Source: Candidatus Woesearchaeota archaeon B3_Woes (GTDB lineage Archaea; Nanobdellota; Nanobdellia; Woesearchaeales; B3-WOES). From it: 64,000 nucleotides of DNA. Location: positions 435,061-499,060 of the forward strand of contig NJBG01000001.1 of assembly GCA_005222965.1 (NCBI GenBank). The letters are read 5' to 3'. Below are positions 1 through 9,828 of the stretch, piece after piece; the stretch's first letter is position 1, and each line of letters opens with the position of its first letter. The position numbers and the translations under genes were made by a program. Below the pieces are notes generated by a model. That model was not told where the DNA came from and did no database searches. It saw only the letters and a list, made by a program, of their open reading frames with translations.

Positions 1-68
1 TTTTTAACAAGTTCTTCTATGAGAAAACCACCCATAAAACCTGTTGCACCAGTAACAAATATTTTCAT
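1..68 (-). CDS. NAD-dependent epimerase/dehydratase (SDR family), N-terminal fragment; the gene continues beyond the window edge
   Basis: The reverse complement of 1-68 translates to MKIFVTGATGFMGGFLIEELVK, which carries a Rossmann GxxGxxG motif. The start codon is the reverse complement of 66-68 and overlaps the stop of the downstream GT4 gene (ATGA). Confidence 0.5.
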   Translation of the reverse strand, partial: MKIFVTGATGFMGGFLIEELVK

Positions 69-1204
69 TTTATATTTGATAACCCCCCTATAGTTTCAAC
101 CATTCTATTCCATGAAAATCTTTCTTTTTCTTTTTTTATATTTTGTTTAAATGGTTTTTCTTTTTCTTCCTTATAATATTTTACTATTTTATTTGCTAAT
201 TCAATTGAATTTTTTGGTGGAACTACAAATCCAGTCTTGTTGTTTTTTACTATTTCTGGTAATCCGCCCACGTTTGTTGTAATCACTGGTTTTCCAAAAC
301 CAAAAGCAATTTGAATTATACCACTATTTGTTGCAGAAAGATATGGTAAAACAACGAGATCTGACGCAGAATAATAATAACCAACCTCATTATCTGGAAT
401 ATATTTATCTACTACACGGATGTTCTTTTTTGCTCCTGTTTTTTTGATTCTTTCAATATATATTTTTTTATCTTTCCAAAACTCTCCCACAATCAGAAGT
501 GTCAAGTCTACTTCCTTCAAAATATGAGGCATTGCATCAATTAAGTACATCAAACCCTTGTAGTCTCTTACATAACCAAAGAAAAGTATTATTTTTCCAG
601 ATATCTTTATTTTTTTTTGAGCTTCTCTCTTACTTATCTCTTTAAATTTAAATTGAACGTCATACGAGGGATGTACTGTACTGATAATTGATTTTGAATT
701 TAAAGAGGGTAATAATTTTTGCAAATTTTGTTTTTCCTTATCTGCATGAACTACAAAAAAATTACCGTCTTTTAAAGCAAATTTTGATAAAATTTTATCA
801 ATTGTTGATTTTTCATGAGGAAGCACATTGTGACAAAGATAGATTATTTTAGAGTTTAGTTTCTTTTTAATATTCCATGTTAAGAATTTGTTTAAAAAAG
901 TGAAATAAGGTGTCCACCAATAAAATAAAATAAAATCAGGATTATATTCCTTTATTTTTTTAAAAGTAAAAAGCCAACTAAAAGGATTTAATGAATCTAA
1001 AAGTTCAATAATTTCAAAATTAGTTCTATTTTCAGCAGAAAGGTCTTTTTGGGATTTTCCTGGGTATATTAGTTTAGGATATAATCTTTTGAAAGATATG
1101 CATTTTAAATCGTGCTTTTTTGAAACAAAATTGCACAACCAGTTATTATAATGAGCAATTCCTCCTTTAAAAGGATATGCAGGACCTACTACACATATTT
1201 TCAT
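65..1204 (-). CDS. Glycosyltransferase family 4 (GT-B, group 1)
   Basis: 379 aa. N-terminus is MKICVVGPAYPFKGGIAHY. C-terminal GT4-like region has EFWKDKK, GYYYSASDLVVLPY and FGKPVITTNVGGLPEIV motifs. Confidence 0.75.
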   Translation of the reverse strand: MKICVVGPAYPFKGGIAHYNNWLCNFVSKKHDLKCISFKRLYPKLIYPGKSQKDLSAENRTNFEIIELLDSLNPFSWLFTFKKIKEYNPDFILFYWWTPYFTFLNKFLTWNIKKKLNSKIIYLCHNVLPHEKSTIDKILSKFALKDGNFFVVHADKEKQNLQKLLPSLNSKSIISTVHPSYDVQFKFKEISKREAQKKIKISGKIILFFGYVRDYKGLMYLIDAMPHILKEVDLTLLIVGEFWKDKKIYIERIKKTGAKKNIRVVDKYIPDNEVGYYYSASDLVVLPYLSATNSGIIQIAFGFGKPVITTNVGGLPEIVKNNKTGFVVPPKNSIELANKIVKYYKEEKEKPFKQNIKKEKERFSWNRMVETIGGLSNIK

Positions 1205-1343
1205 TTATTGTTTCCTCACGAAGTTTATTATAGTTATAACGAACATATCCTTTTTAAATATTTGTAATTGGGTTTTAAAGGTCATGTTCTTTATTCTCAT
1301 TTAAAGGAAGGATTTATAAATTATAATAGATACCATAATTAAA

Positions 1344-2477
1344 ATGATTTTTCAAGCAAAAACTATGTTTTCAGTATTAAAAGCATATTTTTTTAAAAAA
1401 GATAGCCCATGTATAGCAAATTGGATTATAACGAGTCAATGTAATTGTAAATGTCCTTTCTGTGAATTAGGGATAGAAAATAAATACAACCCTAAAGAAG
1501 AACTTTCTACCAAAAGATGTTTTGAAATAATTAAAGAAATGAAAAAAATGGGTATAAAAGTAGTAACTATAAGTGGGGGAGAATCATTTTTAAGAAAAGA
1601 TATATATTTAATATTAGAAGAACTTAATAAAAACGGTATAAAAATAGGAATAGTAACTAACGGCCTTTTATTAAATTCTCTTACGCAAGAAAAAATAAAT
1701 TTATTGAAAAAATATTTAGATACCTTGGTTATCTCACTAGATTCTCCTTTAGCTAAAGAACATAATAAGTTTAGAAGAACTCCTAGATTATTTGAACTAA
1801 TTATGAAAGGGATAGACAAATTACATGACAATGGTTTTTGGAACATAACTTTTGAATCAATAATAATGGGGGAGAACTATAAAAGAATCCCAGAGTTAAT
1901 AAAATTAACAAAAGAGAAAAAAATCAGGAGAATAATGTTCAGACCTATTAATATAATAAGTAATTTTCCTCAGTTATCTCCTCTAAATAATAAAAATGAA
2001 TTTGCAAACTATAATGTTGAAGATATTATAAAATACATTAATTTTGGGATTAAAGAAGCTAAAAAACTTAAAGTTAACACAGATCTTATGTTTAACAAAA
2101 AATGGATTATAGAATATTTTAAAAATTTAAAAGCAAAAAAAGGTTTTTTTCATGATAAGGTAATGTCAAATTATTTTTGCTTTATTCCTTTCTTATATGT
2201 AATCATTAATTACAATGGGGATCTTCTTCCTTGTCTATTATTAGAAGGGAAAGGCAATGTAAGAAACAAAAGTTTGATAGAGGAAAGAAAAAAAGCAAAT
2301 AATATTAGAAAACATTTAGCAAAAAGGAAATTCTATGGTGTTTGTAACTGTTGTTTTGATCAAGCCAACAACAACGTAAGATTTTCGAGTTTGTGTAGTC
2401 CAATAAGAAACTATAAAGCCTTGCCTGCTTTGATGTATGATATAAAATCGGTAGTTAAGAGGTATACTCTAAAATAA
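1344..2477 (+). CDS. Radical SAM protein with C-terminal SPASM/twitch-like Cys cluster
   Basis: CxxxCxxC motif in ITSQCNCKCPFCELG (C-x3-C-x2-C). GGE motif in ISGGESFLRKD. C-terminal GVCNCCFDQANNN...SLCSP matches an auxiliary cluster. Confidence 0.7.
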   Translation: MIFQAKTMFSVLKAYFFKKDSPCIANWIITSQCNCKCPFCELGIENKYNPKEELSTKRCFEIIKEMKKMGIKVVTISGGESFLRKDIYLILEELNKNGIKIGIVTNGLLLNSLTQEKINLLKKYLDTLVISLDSPLAKEHNKFRRTPRLFELIMKGIDKLHDNGFWNITFESIIMGENYKRIPELIKLTKEKKIRRIMFRPINIISNFPQLSPLNNKNEFANYNVEDIIKYINFGIKEAKKLKVNTDLMFNKKWIIEYFKNLKAKKGFFHDKVMSNYFCFIPFLYVIINYNGDLLPCLLLEGKGNVRNKSLIEERKKANNIRKHLAKRKFYGVCNCCFDQANNNVRFSSLCSPIRNYKALPALMYDIKSVVKRYTLK

Positions 2478-2525
2478 AAATCACATTTTATTAATATTTA
2501 TAAATAAACTTATATATCAAATAAA

Positions 2526-3548
2526 GTGGGTGGAGTTAGAATGAAGCCAAAGTTAAAAGATTATTTATCTGCTGGTATAGCTGCTTTAAAGGTTAAGTTT
2601 AATATAAAAGTTCCCTTAAGGGTTACTTACATCGTAACTAATAGTTGCAACCTTAGATGTAAGTATTGTTATGCTGATTCTTTTAGTAAAAAGAGTGATA
2701 TGAACACTTGTCAAGTTAAAAATATGATGAAAGAATTTAAAGATCTCGGTACCAAAATATGGAAATTTGGAGGGGGTGAACCACTTATTAGAAATGATAT
2801 AGAAGATCTTATTGAATATGGAAGAAAATTGGGTTTCATTATTAGCATAGATACTAATGGAACTTTAACTTCTAAAAAAATTCATATACTTAAAAAAGTA
2901 GATAATGTTCAGATAAGTATTGATGGTCCTAAGAAGATACATGACGCGATAAGAGGGGAGGGGGTTTTTAACAAATGTATTGAATCAATCAATATTCTAA
3001 ATAAGATTGGGATTAAACCTATGATAAATTGTGTGATATCTGACAAAAACATTGATTACATAGAAGAGATGGTGCTGTTGGCAAAAAAACATAACGCATA
3101 TATAAATTTTCAGACAGTAGTTCCTGTAACAAATAGGTCTAAAGAAATGATTTCTAAAAAACTTATAGAAAAAGACGTTTTTAATAAAATTATAGCTTTA
3201 AAGAAAAAATATGATTTTATTGCTGTTTCAGATGCAAGTTTGAAGAGATTTCGTGATTACTATTCCGGAAAAATTAAAAAATTTCAAAAGAAATGTCTTG
3301 CTGGGAAAATTTATTGTATTGTTTCTCCATCCGGAGAGGTTTCAAGATGTATAAGTGAATTAGGCACAAAGAAAATTTCAGGATTAGAAAAAGGATTTGG
3401 TAAGGCTTTTAAGAATTTAAGTAAAGATTATGGTTGTGATTGTACTTTTTGTAATTATTATGATTTATCTAATTTATATTCACTAAATCTTAAAAGAATT
3501 ATAAGGGCCTACAATAATTTAAGAAAGGGTAGGTGGATATACAACTAA
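2526..3548 (+). CDS. Radical SAM protein with C-terminal Cys cluster (SPASM/twitch-like)
   Basis: VTNSCNLRCKYCYA carries CxxxCxxC. GGGEPLIRND is the SAM-binding GGE motif. C-terminal CDCTFCNYY cluster. The true start may be the internal Met at 2541 (MKPKLKDY). Confidence 0.7.
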   Translation: MGGVRMKPKLKDYLSAGIAALKVKFNIKVPLRVTYIVTNSCNLRCKYCYADSFSKKSDMNTCQVKNMMKEFKDLGTKIWKFGGGEPLIRNDIEDLIEYGRKLGFIISIDTNGTLTSKKIHILKKVDNVQISIDGPKKIHDAIRGEGVFNKCIESINILNKIGIKPMINCVISDKNIDYIEEMVLLAKKHNAYINFQTVVPVTNRSKEMISKKLIEKDVFNKIIALKKKYDFIAVSDASLKRFRDYYSGKIKKFQKKCLAGKIYCIVSPSGEVSRCISELGTKKISGLEKGFGKAFKNLSKDYGCDCTFCNYYDLSNLYSLNLKRIIRAYNNLRKGRWIYN

Positions 3549-3551
3549 AAA

Positions 3552-4556
3552 ATGAATTATATTGTTTTTGGTGGAACCGGTTTCATTGGAAAGAATTTAG
3601 TTAAAGAACTATTGAAAGAAAAAGGGAAAATAACTTGTTTTGTAAGAAAGAGTAGTGATATTTCAGAATTAGAAAAGTTAAAAGTAAATTTGTTTTACGG
3701 AAATATAAATGATACTAATTCTATTAAAAAGTCTTTAAAAAATCAAGATGTAGTTTTTTATTTAATAGGTGCTGGTTCAATTTCTGCAACTTCAAAAAAA
3801 TCTTATAAAGTATATTATAAAACTAATGTTAAAGGCACGAAGAATTTTATTGAAGCATGCAAACGAGTTAAAAGTTTAAAAAGAATCATTTATTTTGGTA
3901 GTATTTCTTCTATGGGTGTATTTAAAGGAAAAATTTTAGATGAGAATTCAGAATGCAGACCACCTGCTCCTTATCAAAAAACAAAACTTATTGGAGAGAA
4001 TTTAATAAGAGAATTTGGAGAAAACAGTAAAATAATTGTTTCTGTTATTAGACCTTCTATGGTTTATGGTCCTGGTTCAATAGAAGGAGGAAATAAAGAT
4101 ATTTTTAGAATTGCTAAGTTTGCTAATAAATGCTTTTTTCCTTTGTTCAACAATGGTAAAAATTATGTACCCGCAATCCATGTAAAAGATGTTGTTAATG
4201 CTACAATTCTCGCTTCAAAGAAAGGGAAAAAAGGAGCCATATACCTAGTTAACAATGAAGAGAAAGTTACCATGAAAGACTTAGTAAAAATAGTTTCATC
4301 AGAACTCAAAAAGAAAGTTATTTTTCTAAGAATCCCCTTTGTAATAGTTATGATTATGGCTACTTTTTTTGAATTAATTTCTAAAATATTTAATTTTACA
4401 ATACCCTTAACAAGATATAGATTAAGATCTATGACAACCAGTAGATTATTTGACATAAGTAGTACAAAAAAAGATCTTGGATTTCGGCAAACCATCCCAC
4501 TTAAAACAGGAATTAAAGAAACAGTTAGATGGTACAAAGAACAAGGTTTTTTATAA
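3552..4556 (+). CDS. NAD-dependent nucleoside-diphosphate-sugar epimerase/dehydratase (extended SDR)
   Basis: N-terminus MNYIVFGGTGFIGKNLVKELL is a Rossmann fold. YxxxK-type catalytic region (PYQKTK). 334 aa, typical size for this family. Confidence 0.75.
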   Translation: MNYIVFGGTGFIGKNLVKELLKEKGKITCFVRKSSDISELEKLKVNLFYGNINDTNSIKKSLKNQDVVFYLIGAGSISATSKKSYKVYYKTNVKGTKNFIEACKRVKSLKRIIYFGSISSMGVFKGKILDENSECRPPAPYQKTKLIGENLIREFGENSKIIVSVIRPSMVYGPGSIEGGNKDIFRIAKFANKCFFPLFNNGKNYVPAIHVKDVVNATILASKKGKKGAIYLVNNEEKVTMKDLVKIVSSELKKKVIFLRIPFVIVMIMATFFELISKIFNFTIPLTRYRLRSMTTSRLFDISSTKKDLGFRQTIPLKTGIKETVRWYKEQGFL

Positions 4557-4560
4557 AGTA

Positions 4561-5745
4561 TTAATATTTTATGTAATAATAAAGAACTTTAATTAGTTCT
4601 ATTGGATTCATGATAGTATCTAAAAATGATTGACCTACCAAAGGACAATAACAATGTTTTTCTGAAACCCATTTTCTAATTTCTTTTGCGTTTTTTGAAT
4701 ACCACAATTTTTTAAAATTATAACCATAATCTCTAACGTTGCCCATGCTTTTCTTAAACGCTTGTACATTACATATCCATAAATCTCCCCAGGGGTTTAA
4801 ATGTGCATTAGATATTCCTGCATAGCATGTAGACATTCTTTTTCTGTTGATCATAGTTTTTGCTGCCCTTTTATAATAAACCAATCTCAAAGCTTGTGTA
4901 ATCTTACTTAATTTTCTCTTGTTTTTCATATCCTTGATTATTTCATTACAAATATTTTTTACGACTTTATCATACTCGCTACCAGATGGAGTAACTTTCA
5001 AATTATTTGTTACTTTTAAAAAACGTTTATCAGTCACGCTATCTTTCTTTTTTAAATCAACATTAAATAATTCCGCTCTTGTGTCTGCAATTTCATGTAA
5101 GAAATTATCTAATTTAAGATTTTTTTTAACGTAATCATTAATTTTAGGCAAGTCCTTTATATTATTCAAACTAATTGTTGTTCCTGCATCAAGATATAAA
5201 TTTTTATAATTATTTCTTAAGTCTACTAAATAATCATGTGTTTTTAGTAATTTCTTAAAATTGCCAAGTACCCCTCTTATTTCATCATGTTTACGTCCAA
5301 TTCCATCTAGAGATAGTTTAACTGTTAGATGAACTTGAGGTGGGATTTTTTTTAGAATCTCTTCTGTTATTTCTTTAATAGATCTTGGATCCAAACAATT
5401 TGTTGGAAAATGAATAACTTCTGGGTGAATGTATTTACATGCTAAATGACAGATATCAGGTAAATCTTTTCTTAATGTGGGTTCTCCTCCACAAATATTA
5501 AGAAGAAATATATCATCCATGTCTTGAAAAACTTTTTCTATTTCATTTAGTGTTAATTCTTCTTTTCTTTTTTTGGGATTTTTCTTATAAAGTTGCCAGA
5601 TATTACAAGTACTGCATCTAGATTGGCACATATTTGTAACACTAAAGTTAAGTAAGATAGGAAGAGGGGGTTTTACAAGACCATATGAAGCTAATTTATA
5701 CATTATTAATTTTGGAATAATTTTAGACCCATATTTAAGTATCAT
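4561..5745 (-). CDS. Radical SAM protein (third paralog-like rSAM in the cluster)
   Basis: VTNMCQSRCSTCNIW carries CxxxCxxC. ICGGEPTLRKD is the GGE motif. C-terminal Cys residues (CYAGISNAH...CNVQ...HCYCPLVGQ). Confidence 0.65.
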   Translation of the reverse strand: MILKYGSKIIPKLIMYKLASYGLVKPPLPILLNFSVTNMCQSRCSTCNIWQLYKKNPKKRKEELTLNEIEKVFQDMDDIFLLNICGGEPTLRKDLPDICHLACKYIHPEVIHFPTNCLDPRSIKEITEEILKKIPPQVHLTVKLSLDGIGRKHDEIRGVLGNFKKLLKTHDYLVDLRNNYKNLYLDAGTTISLNNIKDLPKINDYVKKNLKLDNFLHEIADTRAELFNVDLKKKDSVTDKRFLKVTNNLKVTPSGSEYDKVVKNICNEIIKDMKNKRKLSKITQALRLVYYKRAAKTMINRKRMSTCYAGISNAHLNPWGDLWICNVQAFKKSMGNVRDYGYNFKKLWYSKNAKEIRKWVSEKHCYCPLVGQSFLDTIMNPIELIKVLYYYIKY

Positions 5746-5749
5746 TGTT

Positions 5750-6913
5750 TCAAACCCTTATATTTTTCATTATTTCGTAATATTTTGATGTTACTTTATC
5801 CCAGCCAAAGGTTGAATTTTTCTTTATAGCATTTTTTGATAATTTATCTTGAAGATTTTTATCTTTTATTAATTTTATGATATTTTCACTTAACAATTTA
5901 ACATCACCTCCTTGAGAGAATATTGCTTCTTGTCCATCTTTTATAAATTCTCTAATTCCCCCAACAGGAGAAATAATAGTGGGTTTGCCAAATGCTAAAG
6001 CAACAAGCAATGGACCACTTATTGTTTGTTCAGTATTATGATAAGGTAAAACGCATATATCTGCAACATCAAAAAATTTGTAAACTTCTTGGTTTGGTAT
6101 GAATTTTGGGAAAAATTTAACAAAGTTTTCTAATCCATTTAGTTCTTTTTCATAAACTTCCATATTCTGCCATAGTTCCCCTGCTATTATCAACCTTATG
6201 TTTTTATCTTCCTTTATCACTTCGTGCATCGATTTTAGAAGATATTTTAAACCTTTGTATTCACGAATATAACCAAAAAACAAAATTATTTTTTCATTTT
6301 CGTTTAAATTAAATTCTTTCTTTAATTCTTTTTTATTTTTCTTTCTCCATTTTGTAAAAAAATCAAATGTTCCGTGAGGAACAACATGGATTTTGTTGGG
6401 GTTTTTTCTATATTCCTTTATCAATCTAAGTTTATTTTGCTCTGCATGAACAATAAAATGATCTACTAAGGAAAAAACTTTTTTTGTGAAAATTCTATCA
6501 AATATTGTTGACTCATGAGGTTCAATATTGTGGCAAGTTAGTATAACTTTTTTTTTTCTAAACACACTATTTAGTTTCAAAATTGTATATTGTAATGGGG
6601 CTAATAAAGGAGACACCCAATGCAAAAACATTATGTCTGCTTTTTTCATGATATTATATGTTTTTATCCATGTAAATGGATTGTACCATTTGATAAAATT
6701 GGTATATTTAGTTTCAAAATGTAACCCATTACCACTTTTAGAAGGTAGTTTTCCTTTATAAAGAAAGGGAGGATACAGTTTATCGAAACCAACAATATTC
6801 AAATTAACTTTATTTTTTAATTGGTTAGCTAACAATACACAGTATTGAACTATTCCTCCTTGAAAAGGGGGATTATGAGTTAACATACATACTTTTATTT
6901 TATTTTTGTCCAT
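5750..6913 (-). CDS. Glycosyltransferase family 4 (GT-B)
   Basis: 387 aa. MLTHNPPFQGGIVQY N-terminus. C-terminal region has GELWQNMEVYEKE, ICVLPYHNTEQTISGPLLVALAFGKPTIISPVGGIREFI (E-x7-E-like GT4 region). Confidence 0.75.
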   Translation of the reverse strand: MDKNKIKVCMLTHNPPFQGGIVQYCVLLANQLKNKVNLNIVGFDKLYPPFLYKGKLPSKSGNGLHFETKYTNFIKWYNPFTWIKTYNIMKKADIMFLHWVSPLLAPLQYTILKLNSVFRKKKVILTCHNIEPHESTIFDRIFTKKVFSLVDHFIVHAEQNKLRLIKEYRKNPNKIHVVPHGTFDFFTKWRKKNKKELKKEFNLNENEKIILFFGYIREYKGLKYLLKSMHEVIKEDKNIRLIIAGELWQNMEVYEKELNGLENFVKFFPKFIPNQEVYKFFDVADICVLPYHNTEQTISGPLLVALAFGKPTIISPVGGIREFIKDGQEAIFSQGGDVKLLSENIIKLIKDKNLQDKLSKNAIKKNSTFGWDKVTSKYYEIMKNIRV

Positions 6914-7145
6914 CTTCGTTATATTGCATATTAATAAATTTAAATAAATAAATTTAGCATTAATTTTAAGTAAAATAAAATTTTAGTTATATGAAATTCA
7001 ATAAAACTTCGCCCCACAACCTTTACTTTTATTAATTTTAAGTACTAAGTTTAAATATATAAAACTATCTTTTTGCAAAATATGCTTTCCTTTATTTGGT
7101 TTTTAAAAACACAAATTATTTAAAACTAAATAATATTCAAAAACA

Positions 7146-7895
7146 ATGGCTAAAATCGGTATTATTGGGGGGAGTGGGTTAGATAACCCAGACATTTTAG
7201 AAGATGCAAAAGATATTGAAGTAAATACGTCTTATGGTAAACCAAGTTCTAGTTTAAAGGTTGGTAAAATAAATGGGGTTGATATTGTATTATTGTCGAG
7301 ACATGGGAGAGAACACACCATCCCTCCGTCTCAAGTAAATTTTAGAGCAAATATTCAAGCATTAAAAGAACAAGGATGTACTCATATATTATCAACAACA
7401 GCCTGTGGTTCATTAAAAAAAGATATTGAAAGAGGAGATCTTATTATACTTGATCAGTTTATTGATTTCACAAAGCATAGATTCGCAACTTTCTACGAAA
7501 AATTTGAACAAAATAACCCCCAACATATACAAATGGCAGACCCTTTTTCATCGAAACTTAGAGAAAAACTTATTAAAACTTGCAAGGAATTGGGATTAAA
7601 ACATCATGAAAAAGGAACTGTAATAACTATTGAAGGTCCAAGATTTTCCACTAAAGCGGAGAGTAAGATGTTTCATATGTGGGGTGCAGATATAATAAAT
7701 ATGTCGATTGCACCAGAAGCGATTTTAGCAAAAGAGGCAGGCGTTCCTTATGCTTCTGTTGCTATGAGTACAGACTATGATTGCTTATTTGATGATGTTC
7801 CTTCTGTAACATGGGAAGAAGTATTAAAAGTTTTTAAGGAAAACGCACACAAAGTTACAAATTTACTTATTGCAACGATACCGAAGGTGAAATAA
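7146..7895 (+). CDS. mtnP: 5'-methylthioadenosine phosphorylase / purine nucleoside phosphorylase (PNP family 2)
   Basis: MAKIGIIGGSGLDNP N-terminus. PNP/MTAP motifs LSRHGREHTIPP, VITIEGPRFST and MSIAPEA. Confidence 0.8.
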   Translation: MAKIGIIGGSGLDNPDILEDAKDIEVNTSYGKPSSSLKVGKINGVDIVLLSRHGREHTIPPSQVNFRANIQALKEQGCTHILSTTACGSLKKDIERGDLIILDQFIDFTKHRFATFYEKFEQNNPQHIQMADPFSSKLREKLIKTCKELGLKHHEKGTVITIEGPRFSTKAESKMFHMWGADIINMSIAPEAILAKEAGVPYASVAMSTDYDCLFDDVPSVTWEEVLKVFKENAHKVTNLLIATIPKVK

Positions 7896-8429
7896 ATGCC
7901 ACATATCGTTAAATCAAAAATAAGAACAGTTCCACATTGGCCTAAAAAAGGGGTTATGTTTAGAGATATAACTACATTACTTAAAGATAGCGAAGGGTTT
8001 AATCGTATGGTTAATCTTCTTGTTGAAAGATATAAAGATATTGAAATTGAATCAGTTATAGGAATTGAATCAAGAGGATTTATTGTTGGTAGTGTTTTAG
8101 CTCATAAATTAAATGTAGGTTTTATTCCAATTAGAAAACCAAATAAATTGCCAGCAGAAACTATTTCAGAAGAATATGAATTAGAATATGGAAAAGATAA
8201 AATTGAGATTCATAAAGATGCAATTTCTCAAGGAAATAAAGTTTTACTTGTAGATGATTTGATTGCTACAGGAGGAACAGCATTAGCTGCATGTAACTTA
8301 ATTAAAAAACTTGGTGGAGAAATAGTTGAATGTTGTTTTATTATTGATTTACCAGATTTGGGTGGCAAGGAAAAATTAGAAAAAGATGGAAATAAGGTGT
8401 TTTCTTTAGTTGAATTTGAAGGCGAATAA
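7896..8429 (+). CDS. apt: Adenine phosphoribosyltransferase
   Basis: PRTase motif [42 protein letters not shown]. 177 aa. Start is adjacent to the mtnP stop (operon). Confidence 0.85.
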   Translation: MPHIVKSKIRTVPHWPKKGVMFRDITTLLKDSEGFNRMVNLLVERYKDIEIESVIGIESRGFIVGSVLAHKLNVGFIPIRKPNKLPAETISEEYELEYGKDKIEIHKDAISQGNKVLLVDDLIATGGTALAACNLIKKLGGEIVECCFIIDLPDLGGKEKLEKDGNKVFSLVEFEGE

Positions 8430-8439
8430 ATAACTTTTA

Positions 8440-9750
8440 TTATCTTCCTACACTTATATAGTTAAATCCCAGATCTGACATTTCTTTAGGATCGTAAATA
8501 TTCCTACCATCTATAATGTTGGGTTCTTTTAATGAATCCTTTATTTTTTCTTTATCAAGGGATCTAAACTCGTCCCATTCTGTTACTACAACTAAACAAG
8601 AACTGCCTTTTAATGCTTCATAAGGTGTTTTAAAATAATTTACTTTATTTAGAATTTTTTTTGTTTTTTCTTGAGCTTCTGGATCAAAAACGTTTATTAG
8701 AGCACCTTCTTTTTGTAATTGATCTATAACAACTAATGATGGTGCGCCTCTTATATCATCTGTTTTGGGTTTAAAGGATAAACCCCATATTGTTATTGTT
8801 TTGTCTTTTAAATTAGGTGTTAATTTTTTGATTTTTGATAACAATGATTTTTTTTGTTCGCAATTCACTTTGTCTACGGCTTCTAATATGCTAGTTTCAC
8901 ATTTATTTTGTTTTAATGTTTGTATTAAAGCTTGTACATCTTTAGGAAAACAACTACCTCCATATCCGACTCCTGCTTGTAAAAATCTAGGGCCAATTCT
9001 TGAATCTAAGCCCATACCCTGAGCAACTTTCTTAATATCTGCTCCAATTTTTTCTGATAAATGGGATAACTCATTCATAAAAGAGATTCTCGTTGCCAAC
9101 ATAGCATTTGAACCATATTTTATTAGTTCCGCACTTTTGATATCTGTATAGAATATGGGTTTTCCTGTTCTCGCCACAGGTTCATAGATTTTACCCATTA
9201 TACTTTTTGCTTTATCTGAATCAGAGCCTATTACAATTCGATCTGGAACCATAAAATCTTTTATTGAAGTTCCTTCTTTAAGAAATTCGGGATTAGATAC
9301 AACATCAAATTCAATTTGTTCTTTTTGATTTTTTTTTATAATATTCTTTACTAACTCTCCTGTTCCAACAGGAACTGTACTTTTATTAACTATAACTTTA
9401 TAATCATTCATATATTTTCCAATATCTTTAGCAACAGATGTAACAAAAATTAGATCAGCTTCATTATTTTTCCCAGTGGGGGTTCCAACAGCCACAAAAA
9501 TTACTTCAGAGGTTTTTATAGCATGTCGAGAGTCTGTTGTAAAAAAGATCCTCTTTTCATTAAGATTCCTATCAATAATTTCTTTTAAACCGGGTTCATA
9601 TATTGGAATTTTTCCTTTTTTAAGATTTTCAACTTTGTTTACATCTACATCTACGCAAATTACATCATTTCCTAGATCAGCTAAACAGGATCCAACAACT
9701 AACCCCACATATCCTGCCCCAAATACAGAGATTTTCATAATAAATAACAA
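8440..9750 (-). CDS. UDP-glucose/GDP-mannose 6-dehydrogenase family (nucleotide-sugar dehydrogenase)
   Basis: MKISVFGAGYVGLVVGSCLADLGNDVICVDVD is an NAD-binding Rossmann fold. GGSCFPKDV catalytic Cys motif. 436 aa. The true start is probably the internal Met (MKISVF) at about 9738. Confidence 0.8.
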   Translation of the reverse strand: MLFIMKISVFGAGYVGLVVGSCLADLGNDVICVDVDVNKVENLKKGKIPIYEPGLKEIIDRNLNEKRIFFTTDSRHAIKTSEVIFVAVGTPTGKNNEADLIFVTSVAKDIGKYMNDYKVIVNKSTVPVGTGELVKNIIKKNQKEQIEFDVVSNPEFLKEGTSIKDFMVPDRIVIGSDSDKAKSIMGKIYEPVARTGKPIFYTDIKSAELIKYGSNAMLATRISFMNELSHLSEKIGADIKKVAQGMGLDSRIGPRFLQAGVGYGGSCFPKDVQALIQTLKQNKCETSILEAVDKVNCEQKKSLLSKIKKLTPNLKDKTITIWGLSFKPKTDDIRGAPSLVVIDQLQKEGALINVFDPEAQEKTKKILNKVNYFKTPYEALKGSSCLVVVTEWDEFRSLDKEKIKDSLKEPNIIDGRNIYDPKEMSDLGFNYISVGR

Positions 9751-9800
9751 TAAAGAGCTATTTAAATAATTAATGAATTAAATAATCAAAATCATAACCT

Positions 9801-9808
9801 TTTTAAAC
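9801..9808 (+). promoter_or_regulatory. TATA-like box (ttttaaac) about 25 bp upstream of the 5S rRNA 5' end
   Basis: AT-rich hexamer at archaeal TATA spacing relative to the predicted 5S start at about 9829. Confidence 0.35.
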
Positions 9809-9828
9809 CGATTAATAATCATTCTGTT

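Noticed and set aside
1436-1846. 136-aa minus-strand ORF inside the first radical-SAM gene
   Set aside because: It is completely nested antisense to a CDS with clear rSAM motifs. The protein is low-complexity with no motifs. It is a typical spurious AT-rich ORF. The same reasoning applies to 4163-4537, 4919-5134, 6528-6761, 8765-9022, 9476-9769, 12190-12402, 15205-15465, 16218-16568, 17505-17732, 18256-18657, 29253-29753 and the many short antisense ORFs inside the two giant genes.
1344-5745. Idea that the three SPASM-type radical-SAM enzymes are anaerobic sulfatase-maturating enzymes (anSME) working with the FGE-like protein at 26156
   Set aside because: No sulfatase gene with a C/S-x-P-x-R motif is present in the window. 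The rSAMs are embedded in a glycosyltransferase cluster 20 kb away from the FGE-like gene. Nothing beyond shared SPASM-like architecture supports the link, so it is left as a generic rSAM call.
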